Positions 37,143 through 48,593 of a stretch of DNA of 55,273 nt are shown one piece after another; the stretch's first letter is position 1, and each line of letters opens with the position of its first letter. The translations under genes and the position numbers were made by a program. Below the pieces are notes generated by a model that saw nothing but the letters and a program-made list of their open reading frames with translations, ran no database searches and was not told the DNA's origin. This DNA comes from Nemertoderma westbladi (Eukaryota > Animalia > Xenacoelomorpha), in contig JAUCBJ010008610.1 of NCBI GenBank assembly GCA_032718475.1, positions 1 through 55,273 of the forward strand, read 5' to 3'.

Positions 37143-37418
37143 TGCTGCATCGTTGATTGAAATCGAGCCATTTATACATTTTAGATTAATGTAATAGGTT
37201 TTACTAGCGCGGTAGATCAATACCATTCCATTTAATATTAAAAACAGTATCCCTGTCAATAGAGTAACGATTATAAAGTAATCAGAGTTATTGTTTTTAT
37301 TCTTGTAGAAGTAAACAACAATGAGAATTGTGTTTGATAGAATCCCCAGGAAGGTTATGAGTGAACCGAGACTAATGACAGCCTTGTAAGTTGTTACCAG
37401 AAAATATTCATCACACAT
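37143..37418 (-). CDS. Divergent class-A (rhodopsin-like) GPCR 1, exon 1 (TM1-TM2)
   Basis: TM1 GILSN..I and TM2 NSDYFI; clearly paralogous to 48077-48447. Predicted donor GTTAGT at 37142. Confidence 0.7.
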
Positions 37419-38336
37419 TGTGTTAATTTGTTAAAATCAGATGTATAAGTAATTTTATAAAAGCATACAATTTTATAAATATAAGCTGGGTGTCGAGAAG
37501 TAAGTACTTATACTAGTAAGTTCTTATTAGTATTTATTAGTAAGTTCTAGTAATTATGTATGTAAAAATTCTAACATTGAAACAACTGCATATTAATAAC
37601 ATATTTTGTTTCTCGATTTGATACATCGAAATCAAAAAGGTTTACCCAAATTCAGCAATCACTCAAGATAATTTTAGTGTCTGCGTCGATAATATTGACA
37701 ATAAACGATGTTTGAATTGTTGAAAATTTTAATGATAGATGAATCTTTTAGGCTCATTAATTAATTAAGTCATGGAATGCCTGTTCACCACCATCATGGG
37801 TAATCTTTCACAGTGAAGCCTTTTCCACTCTTGTAAATTTGGCAATTTTAAATCATTAGAAAACTCTATCAGATACTGTAACTGTAACAAATAAGAGACA
37901 TGCTACATACTTATATACACCACTGGTACTGGTACATACAGACTTTAGCAGGTCTACTGTTGTGATAAGCGACAATGCTACAAATATACACTACTTGTAC
38001 AATGTACATGCACTTTGTAAGGATATAATAATGCGAAATATTTTTGTTTGTTTGACATTATTATATGCATGAGAATATTCCATAATGGAAATCTCAGATT
38101 GTTATGATTTAGTACACAACACCAATTATTATATTCATTGTGATTGGATAATCTACAGGCCAATGTTTATGTACATTCAGCCCAATACAAATATATCACT
38201 ATGCTCTGTTAGGTGACTAACTAACTACTATTCCAATCGAATTATAATAAAAATTAAATGTGATTGTTGTTCATAATCACATGAATATTTGTTTTTTCTT
38301 GAAGTATAATGTATATATAGCAGGGACAGATGATGG

Positions 38337-39113
38337 ATGGATGTACGAACCTCGCGTAGTCCTAAATTTCGTTCAATTTCGTTCATTCCGTCGGCTTTCA
38401 CTGTTGCTGCTGTTATTCCCAGTGAATGTGCTTCCGATCTTCGTGATGCTTTAATCACATGCTCTATTCCAGTTAAATTTAAATCTACTATTGTACGTGT
38501 AGATGGTTCCCCTTCCTTAAGATCCCTTGAAAATGACCCTACATTAAATGATCATGGTATTCTCCTGGAGTTTGGTAGAGTGAAAAATATTAATAAAAAT
38601 CCAATTGCCGAGAAAGCCAATCAGGAATTAGAGGGTGAACTATTGCGATTCGATCCATCTGGTGGTCCGTTATCTACTCTATCACTTGTCCTCGGAGTAG
38701 AGTCTCTCAATTCTCGCATACACCATAATGGTCTTTCGGCCAAAGAAATCTTATTCGGCAGAGACCAGATCTCTGGAGAGCGTTTCTCCTTCGATGATCC
38801 TTCTTTAGCATCCAATCTCGATCTCAAAAAGGCCAACAATCATAGTTGCAGCTCCAGATCCAAGGCCCGTGGAGCCCCCCCTGCAGAGGCAGCTTCAGTA
38901 AAGAAAGGTCATTTAGTTTTCATCAAGTCTGAAGGTTCCAAAACTCATGCTCGAGATCGTTACATAGTGATGGATATTCATCAAGGTCTTGCTACACTCC
39001 AAAAGCTCAATGGGAATTCTTTTGGATTTCGTAAATATGTGGTCCCATTAGAAAAGGATTTTCAGCGCCAATCAATCTCTAGATTGGGATATTCATCAAC
39101 AGCTTTCCTCTAA
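38337..39113 (+). mobile_element. Retroviral-type integrase fragment (Ty3/Gypsy-like LTR element remnant)
   Basis: IVRVDGSP...KNINKNPIAEKANQELE fits an rve D...E core, followed by a GHLVFIK C-terminal segment. Confidence 0.7.
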
Positions 39114-39699
39114 GATGACGATGAGTCCCCAGATGAAGCTATTCAACCTATATCTGAAAAGTGGCGAGTCATTCTCCCAAAGATGAACTCCCTGCTATTG
39201 CGAATGGTCATACACCATCCAATCAACCTCCCTGTCGGCAATCATGTCGTATGAGAGGTCCTCCAGATCGACTTGGTGTGGCTACTGCGGAAGAGGATCG
39301 CATTTCACAGGACCTGCCTGATGATACTTTGGATCCCTGGTGTCCAGGTTGGACTCAGGTGAAGTGGCGTGGTGATCAAGATTATGATCTTAAATAAGTT
39401 GAAGGACTCAAAGAACAGAAATGAAAGTAAGACTGCGCCATACTGTAGTTATAATATACTCTGGTGATATACTGTATATTTGCCTGGTGGCTTTAGACTT
39501 TGGTGATGGTGGTACTTTAGGCCGACTTAGATTCAATTACCATAGACCTGTACTGCTTTACTGCTGTGTACCGTGAGTGTAACTGTATAACGAAGGACTG
39601 TATTATTTAACCTAATATACACTACTACTGCTGTATCGTTTTATTTGCTTTCCTTGTTTCTTATAACGAAGGACTGTATGCCCGGATTGTGCCTTAGTT

Positions 39700-40980
39700 C
39701 TTGCGAAAATTTAAAAAAACATAGCGAGCTATGAAAGTGGAAATGAGATCCTTCCAGGCTTCCCGATTCTCCATAGTTGTCGCAATTTCGTTTCTCTCAA
39801 GTCTAGTATCTCTTCCTGTTGGTATATATGTTATAGCCGTACGTCCACGGGTACGCTTTCCTTGTGTTGGTTGCCAGAAAAGTGGATCTGGTATGACCTC
39901 ATGTATGACCCATGTTTACATCTCCAGCAGTGCCGACACTGAATCTTAATCTGCGGGAGACAGGTTGATATGGTTAGTTGTGCCATAAACTTTCTCCAGA
40001 TGATGTTTATTGAAGCCCTAGGTAGTCTTAGGCAACCATCAATTCTTTGTTTCAGTAATTTCTTCAGTGTCCACTCACCCCCTTATAAAAGTGCACTTTC
40101 CACTGTGGCTCGAAAGAACTTGGTCTTCAGGTGCCTAGAGAGATCTGATTTCCAGATGGTATCCATTTTTGATAGAACTACCCAAGCCTTTGCTTTCCTA
40201 ACTTCTATGTCCTTTTTGCTACTCTCTATCCATGATCCAAGGTACTGGAAGTCGTCAACCATACTTAGTTGATTATTATCAATTGTGGTCAAGTTTCCAT
40301 CAACATTCGGTCTTGTAGCATTTATATGCAATCCAACCTCCTTAGCAACCCTCTCCACTTTATTCAGTAGAAGCTGTGCATCTGCTAGCGTATTAGAGAG
40401 CCGGGCTATGTCATCCGCGAAGTCGGTGTCTGTGACTGTAGTTGCCGGATATCTACTACTTCTGCGTTATTGTAGTGTGAATCCCAGATCTTCACCATTT
40501 GTGGCCGTCATCATTGCGCAATACAGTACAAATACGAATAGTAATGGCACCAATGCATCGTAGTACGCCAGCCAGGATTGAAAATAACTCATATTCCATA
40601 TCTGATGAGAGTACATGAGCTTCTGTGTCACAATATAACAATCCAATGCCAGCAACAATTACGTCTGGTATTCCATAAGCTCTTAGGATTTTCAGCATTT
40701 TCCTCAATGTATGGAGTTAAATGCTTTCTTGAAGTCCACAATTGTCAGGTGCGTGGGGAGATTCTTTGACTTAATTACCTCAATCAGTCCCGTAGCGCAA
40801 GTATCTGAGCTATTGTTGATCTACTTGGTCGAAATCCGTTTTGGCTCCTTACGCAGTAGTTTCTCTATGTGAGGCATGTGAGGTCATGGGGGTCGGTCTT
40901 AGTAGCATTTATATGCAATCCAACCTCCTTAGCAACCCCCTCCACTTTATTCAGTGGAAGCTGTGCATCTGCTAGCGCAT
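39700..40980 (-). mobile_element. Degenerate RT fragment of a second RTE-type LINE family
   Basis: Fragments DFKKAF, LRAYGIP, TDFADD, DDFQYLGSWI, FRATVESALL with many frameshifts; related remnants at ~44610-44660 and ~45070-45135. Confidence 0.8.
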
Positions 40981-40984
40981 TTAA

Positions 40985-43660
40985 TTTAATTTAATAATAA
41001 TTTCGTACATAGAAATATAGATATATCTAGTACAGCATAAATACAACCGGTAGGATTAATGCACAAGTGAATGATTATATAATATCACTCATTGAGATTA
41101 AAGTTAACTAGTACAAATATACTGTAGAATATCATCCAATTCAGAAATATCGAATCCAGGTACTACCAAATTATTGCGCTTACAGTCTACCAATTCTCTA
41201 CACATATTTACGTAAGATGATGTTGAGTCGTTACAAAACCACGTTAGTGAGGAGCACAATTTAGTAGTAATATTATAAAAATACGGAACAATACGAATAC
41301 GTGCAATCGATAAAGGACAAGTAACCAAGGCAACGTAACGAAGGTTTGAGAGAACACAACACACTGCTGGCAAATTGCACAAACCTACTACATAACAAGG
41401 TCCTCGGGTAAGGGTAATTAACTAGCCCTTCAATCATAAAACGATAAGTGTTATACGGTAAGCCCCAAACTAACCTAACAGTAATGTTCCAAGATCTTAG
41501 TAACCGTTGACAGGCGTCAGACCAAAAGTCCCACAAGGGGCTACCATAAAATGAAGTTGCATAGATACGTTGTAGGGCACAAAGAGTATCAGGGTTTGTG
41601 AAACCAAATTCCTGTCTTAAACAATTTTATTGGCCAATAAATTTTCCACGTTTTACCTGTAAATCACTGCTACAATTATAATTAAAATTTAACGTATTAC
41701 CTAAATGTACCGCCTGTTTTACCCAAGGAAGCACAGCACCATTTACAGTAACATTAATATCTGGCTTGTCCCATTTAGAAGAAAAGGGAATACATTTGGA
41801 TTTACTTTTTACCGAGTCAGGATTCGAACTGATAGACATATTAAAATCTTTACAAAAACTTTCACAAATCGAAATCATGTACTGCAACCCTACTATAGAT
41901 GGGCATAATAATAATATATCATCTGCATATACCAGAATCCCAAAATAATGTGTACCAATATGACAGCCCACTTGCGATTTACGTAAACGATACATTAATG
42001 TGTTTATTACTACACAGAATAATAAAGGCGAGATGACCGAACCTTGGTGTATGCCATTCGAAACCATGAACGATGTGGACGATACCGAATTCCATTTTAC
42101 ACTGCACGACTGCTCTTTATACATCTACAATAAAACTCTAATAAACAACGGACAGAAGCCCTTCTTACAGTCTTAATGAGTTCCAGAAATAATGATACCC
42201 ATTCTACCATTTCAAATGCCTTTGATAAGTCTAGAAGGCACCCAAATACCGGAGTCGAGAATCTTGAATAAAAGGAAACGCAGCACAGCCCACGAGCACT
42301 GAGTAGTGCTCGCGTGTTTCTGGAAACCGAATTGTAAATCATCGACATTGAGAGACTCACTCTGTGAGAGGATCATTACCCACTCGAATATCTTAAGAAT
42401 AAGCGACGAAATAGCGATGGCGCGATAGTTGGAAGATGTCGAGATATCACCTAACTTGTCCTTAACTAAAGGAACTAGCGACGCAGAAAGTAGAAACTTT
42501 GGAATAAATCCGTGGACAAGAAACGCGTTGAACAATGAACTTAGGTGTTCCGCGAGGACGGGCCCAGCATTCGTAAGACAATCCGAATGGAATTCGTACT
42601 GCACATCAGATTTACCTCCATTGAGTTTACCAATTGCTGATGCAACTACTGTAGTTCAATAGTGACCGGCTTGGAAACTGCGTCCAAACCACGCACGCAG
42701 TCGTTCCAATATTTCTGAATCTAACTTACAAAATCCGAATCATAACCCTGATTGTAAAGATCGTTATACAATGAAGCAAACCTATTTGCAATCGATTTCG
42801 GGGAAGTTTCACCATCAATGAGAGTACTAGAACACCGTAGATTGCCTCAAAGTTTGCATATTTCGGCAAAAAGGCGTTGCCTTGGAGGGGCGGACGTGTT
42901 CATTCCAACCTGGTAGGGAAAACCCGCTTCCGGTTGCCGAATTAGTTCCACCAGATTGTGGCAGACAACTAGCGGCCTCCTCAATAGCATTTAGTATATT
43001 ATACAAATAGGTCTCAATATCTGAAATATGACTGTTATTGGTACAAAATATATCTTCACAATTTTCACACAATAAATTTATGTTATTTAAATTGGCGCAA
43101 ATAGCTTCAGTATATTGGGTTTTCTGATCAGCTGTAGCCTTCCTAAATTTTGGCTTACTACTTGAAACGTTGTTTTCAACAGATTCATCGAGCTTATCTA
43201 CAATAAATTTACAATAAATGGGCGAATGATTAGACGTATTTGCACCGTGGTGTATTGCACCAGCCTCGAAACATGAACTTAATATATTATTGGACACAAA
43301 AAATGATCTATTGTAGACGTATATATACAATTATTCTGACTAGACATATATGTGTAGTCAACCATATACTTATTCCACATGATATTTAGATTAAAATCAT
43401 TAATGAAATTATTTAGTAAAGAGACATGAGCAGAATTACGAATAAATTCTGCATTAAGGTCACCGATTACAATAAAATTCGCAGTGAAAAAATTGCATAT
43501 TAGATTCTGTAAATTGTCAATCAATAACAGAAAATCATCAGGTACTGCAGAAACAGAACGAGAATCTACCGGAAAATATGTATTAACAATTACAACATTG
43601 GTATTTGGAAGTGTTAATCGAATAGCCTGTAATCTGTGGTTGTTAGATTTAATAACGTAA
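40985..43660 (-). mobile_element. Degenerate non-LTR retrotransposon (RTEX/CR1-like; APE + RT)
   Basis: IGDLNA, IDHF, SNHSPI, NYRAIAISS, QFGFQ, LDLSKAF, QGSVISPLLF, YADDILL across frameshifted ORFs; (TAAAT)n-like tail at ~40985. Confidence 0.85.
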
Positions 43661-44124
43661 TGTCCCTACGGTTTATGATCTCGAAACTAAATCTCTCAAA
43701 TAATTGAACTTTCGCCGCAAATATTTCCTCGCACACAAAGCTAGCAAGACAGACTTCACTAATCACAGTAAAAGTCTGCGTAGGCCTACCAAGACCTTGG
43801 GCAATTACAGTTAAACATCAGTTTACTATTACTACCGGCACCGGTGTACCGGTGTACCGGTGTACCAGTAGAGATTGACGTGTCTCCAGGACTCTGATCC
43901 GGCTGAGCTACCGGTAGGTCACATGCAGATTGCGTAGATCGGCGGCAGGATCCGGTAGGTCACATGCAGATTGCGTAGATCGGCGGCAGGATCCGGTAGG
44001 CGGCTCGGCAACCGGCGATGAAACATCCACATCCATGACGTGGCGATATAAAACTACAGAACAAACTATTAGGCTGTCTGCAGGTCAGGACCGGTACAGT
44101 CAGGCAGTCAGTATTATGGAATCT

Positions 44125-44570
44125 GTACTACTAGGATCGGCATGCTGCATTGCAGCTGCATTTTTAAGAATGCTGTGCCGGCTTGTCAACAAAATTACTA
44201 CTACTACTAATATCGGCATGCTGCATTGCAGCTGCATTTTTAAGAATGCTGTGCCGGCTTGTCGACAAAATTGCGCCGCCACAACTCCCTATCACCCATG
44301 ACATTTGCTAGATCATCCGCATCTTTAAGGCCAGTCTCCTTTAAGATGCGTCTCAAGAAAGTCATGGGCTGTCCACCATGCTTATTCATTCCATAAGGCT
44401 GCCAGAGTACAAGATTATGCACTGGCTGGTCCTCACGGCGAAAGCAATGTCCTGCAAAGCGGAGGCGATTTTTGTTCTAGTGTCAAGCTTGGGGGAACCA
44501 ATGAGACACCTCCAATGTTATATAGTGTCTGGTTGGAGATGTGTGCATTGTACTTGACACAATGAACCCG
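44125..44570 (-). mobile_element. RTE-like LINE 3' fragment with a tandem second 3' tail
   Basis: Reverse complement of ~52000-52370; the tail occurs twice (~44125-44195 and ~44197 onward). Confidence 0.88.
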
Positions 44571-45249
44571 GAATCTGTGCTCGTGTGGCAATAGTTCTAT
44601 ATTTATGTTTATATTAGTGAGCAGGGCGATATCATCCGCAAAGTCGATGTCTGGATATCGGATATCGGCTACTTATGCGTTCTTGGGGTGACAGACCGAA
44701 CGTAATCAGGATCGAATGTAACATAGTTTTTACGAATCTAACGTAACCTCAATTATGTTACATTGGATCATATAACTATGTTACATTCGATCTACAAATT
44801 ACTAAGACATAAGCTCTTATGAGTTGAGCATTTTCCCTCTATGGACGGATCGAATGCTAACTTGAAGTCCACAAATAAAGAACTACAGGTCAGGAAGGTT
44901 TTTGATTCAATTCCATTAATCAATCTCCTCAGTGCTATTATCTGAGCCATATTTGATGTATTAGGGCGAAATCCATCTTGATTCTTACGCAGAAGATTCT
45001 TTGTATGAGGCCTAATTCTATATAGTATAATCTTGTTGTATATTTTGACAGCAGTGATACCACGATAATAAATGAACTGAGGAATGTTGACGACTTCCAG
45101 TACCTTCGGTCATGGATAGAGAGCAGCAGGAAAAACATCCCGTATGCGTCTGCGGATAAATTCCACTGAATTATTATTTTGAAGTTAGCTAAGATTTATA
45201 TCAGGTGGACGGAGATGAGCAGTTAGCTCGCATTCTGTTATATTATGCA

Positions 45250-45545
45250 GTTATGTTCTCCATAGCGAAAAATATCAACCGACCTTAATGGGCTCGAACC
45301 CGGTACCTATGTTTCAAACTTCCGGTTATATTCAGCCGGGTGTCCTAAGACCATACTGAGCTACCAGGGCGGTAGAAGATTTATTTCGCTATGGAGTGGT
45401 ATATCATATTTTGACCTTTACAGTCAATCATAGGAAAGTACAACGTTTATTCCCGTGCTCTGCCAGTAATGGAAACCATGCCTCAAAGAATAAGAATTCG
45501 AGCCCCAATAGGGTCGGATGATAATTTTCACTATGGAGAACATTA
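45250..45545. mobile_element. tRNA-derived SINE (family B) on the - strand plus an inverted partial copy
   Basis: The - strand has TAGCTCAGTATGG (A box) and GGTTCGAGCCC (B box) at ~45290-45370; inverted partial copy at ~45497-45545. Confidence 0.6.
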
Positions 45546-46657
45546 TCATATTGTTATGTTACATTATAGATATTTAATTCGCCGTCATCCCACCCCACAA
45601 TAATTCAATTACTATGGAGAATCGGGAAACCTGGAAGGGTTTCATTTCCACTTTTTATAATATTTATTTATAGTATATACTTTCCCAAATAATTTTACAT
45701 AAATTAAACATTCATCGAATATGTATGTAATTTAGGCAAGACTTTGGTGAACAACTCTATAGCGATTGTATCATGACAATTTTATAATTTTTACCACAGT
45801 CTGAAATCGGACCGTACGAGCCGACGTTTGACTGTTTCCTATAAATGCATTACTCATCTAATTATTGCTATAAAGTTGTTCACCTAAAGTCTACAATAGT
45901 TTTTGTTATACTAGATTATTTGTTGTTAAGTTTAAATTTAGATATAACAATAATTTAGTAATAGTTATTACAAATGCACCAAATCCACCCCATAAAATAA
46001 ACAGACAATTAAAAAGACATAAATGCTAACTGTCTGAGAGGTCAGGCCCTCGCACCACGCAAATAACAGCTGATTACTCTCAAAAATAAAACTGTAACCT
46101 GTTCTAAAGAAATAAGTTTACTGTTTTTGGCTTTGGTAAGAATAACGTACCGCTGTAACCTGTTCCTTTCCCAAAATTGATAATTTAACATTGAGGCGAG
46201 ATATTAATTCGCTGAGACGTGATTTGCATCCAGCCCCCCACCCCCCCTGTCTCCAAATCTACAAGTATATCCAACCATGGTTGTACTTAGGCCTACTGCA
46301 AGTTGGTGTAACAAATTTATAGAAATTGAAAATAAAAAATTTACTTCATTATTTTTGTTAGGAAGTAGTACTTATCCGCGAGATGGAGACGTGATCCATA
46401 AGTTGATTGTTCTAAAGGGATTGATAACTTCGCAGCGTTATCAACAGAGAGCTGATACTGTAAGTTGACAAAATGTAACAAAACAAATTTATTTCTCATT
46501 TTTTTTAAATATGGTAGCATTAGCATTGTTAAAATTGATATTTTTCTTGTTCACTACTTTAGCATTTAAATGCTTTATTATCTTTGTTTGCAAAATTTCA
46601 TTTGTGAATGTCATTCTCGTAGCACATGAGGGCCAGAGTCTTGAGGTAAGCATTACC

Positions 46658-47315
46658 TTATCGACATTTAGCTTTATATCTTTTGTAAACATAAACTGCC
46701 TCTCTCCTAATGTTACGACTGAAACTGAATACAATAATAGGGTTAGCTAGAAAGTCAATCATGGGTAAAAGTTGTCTCGAACTAAAGTATACTAGAAATG
46801 GTTTTTCGTATAGGAAGATGTCAAACATGTGGTAGTCTATCAATATATAGATGATACTTTGAGACAAATATGAAAACCCATAGACCATGGTAATGGTGAA
46901 AAGCATTAGAGTGATCCCAATTTGCTGTTTTTGTGTTCTGAGAATAGATTTGCTTTGGTTGGATGTAACTGATGATAAAGATGTAGCTGAAGATGTCGAA
47001 AAGCGATTATTCTCAATCAACGCTATCGGCTGACTGTTTCTTCTCATCGAGCTTATAAAACCCCCTGAAATCATGTTCAAACGCCGTTTAACATCCCTTG
47101 CAAGTTTTACAGCAATTGCCGAATACATGATAATCATAGTTGAGAAAGCACCCAGAGTTATAAACGAGAAAGTGGATAGGAAAATAGTTGGAGTTGATTG
47201 AATTGCGAGAAATACAAGACCTCCTATTACAGCGACACAGATACATATACCAATCAAAGCAGCAACAACCCGTTTACTCAATTCCCCAGTAAGTGGCCAA
47301 AATACAATTCGAAAT
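46658..47315 (-). CDS. GPCR 2 exon 2 (TM4-TM7)
   Basis: tttcag acceptor, RFRIVFWP in phase; QQIGITLMLF and LLPMIDFLANPII..FS are shared with GPCR 1. Confidence 0.8.
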
Positions 47316-48076
47316 CTGAAAGGAAAATTATCATATAATTAATGAGACCCCCAGTTCCATTAAGGTCATTTTTATATATGTATGATATTATACTATCCAA
47401 AACCAATGGAGCAATGGGCACAGTGACACAGGATGATGCATGAATGTGGAGATAAACTTCTGCATTCCGGCGTATGCAAAGCAGCCAACATCTACTGTAA
47501 TGCATGTGGCTGGAAGAGCCATCTGTAGCGCTTCTCTCTTGCAACCCTGATAACTGAACCGTTGAAAAATAGTGGCGCACTAAATATTGTTTTGACCGCC
47601 AACAGCATTGCTGATATAGAAGAGTACCGGGTTGATAATGCCAAGGCTCGAACTTTGAAAGTGGCGCCAAACGCTTTAAGTGTAACTCAGAAAGAAAGGA
47701 AATTAGCCAATTAAATTGTGATGTGAAGAATGCCACACCATTCTCATGTCACATTATGACATCACAATTTTATATCGAAGGTCAAATTTTGGTCTTAAGT
47801 TGTGACGTGAAAATGTGAGGTGAAGAATTCCACGTCAAAATTAAAACGTTGTGACTTCACGTCAAATTCACAACTTTTTTAAAACACATTTTTTGCCCAT
47901 AGAAGTAATTGTCAGAAAAGTCTGTTTTGTAAATAATAGTCTATAATATCGTACAAACTCTGGCATTTTTTCCACGCCCATTGAGGCGTGATATTAATTC
48001 GCCAAGGCTGGTTTTGCGTCCAGTTTCCCCCCCCCCCCCCCCCCCCCCCCTGTCTCAATACGCCATAGAAACTTAC

Positions 48077-48447
48077 CTGTCGCATGATAAAAGAATATAT
48101 AATCCCATAGCAAAAAACTGAAAATTGTACTTTATGAATTGGGTGTATGTCGTTAATTCTGTTGATATTTCGTAACCATCTGAAACACACAATACATGGT
48201 TGCGGTATCTGTATACTATATATAGATCTACCGGCGCGCTTATTAGAAATACCAGCATTCCTGTAACTAACATGGCGATAACGAAATAGTCCGAGTTATT
48301 GTGTGTCCGTTTACAGCGGTAGACCACAAATAGAGTTAGATTAGTGACAAATCCAATTAAAGTCATTGGTATACCGAGACCAAGCACCGCATTGTAGGTT
48401 ATTACAAGAAAGTTGTTGTTTGTTCTACATAACGTGTTATTATCCAT
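48077..48447 (-). CDS. Divergent class-A GPCR 2, exon 1 (TM1-TM3)
   Basis: GFVTN, NSDYFVIAM, ...LSCDR; GTAAGT donor at 48076. Confidence 0.8.
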
Positions 48448-48593
48448 TTTATTACTATGTATAGTATAATATACTTATTTATTTAATACACATAATAAGA
48501 AATCCTGATAACAAATACAAATACTTTTAATATTCGCATATCTAGGATATCGTTGTTTCAGTACCCGCATGGGGGCCATGGTAGTTTCCAATA

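Noticed and set aside
43840-44000. ACCGGTGT repeats and a ~40-bp tandem duplication (ORF 43930..44301)
   Set aside because: Probably the 5' region of the adjacent degenerate LINE running into RTE tails; no coding evidence.
45280-45375. Possible tRNA gene on the - strand
   Set aside because: A and B boxes are present but the acceptor and T stems do not pair; better explained as a SINE head.
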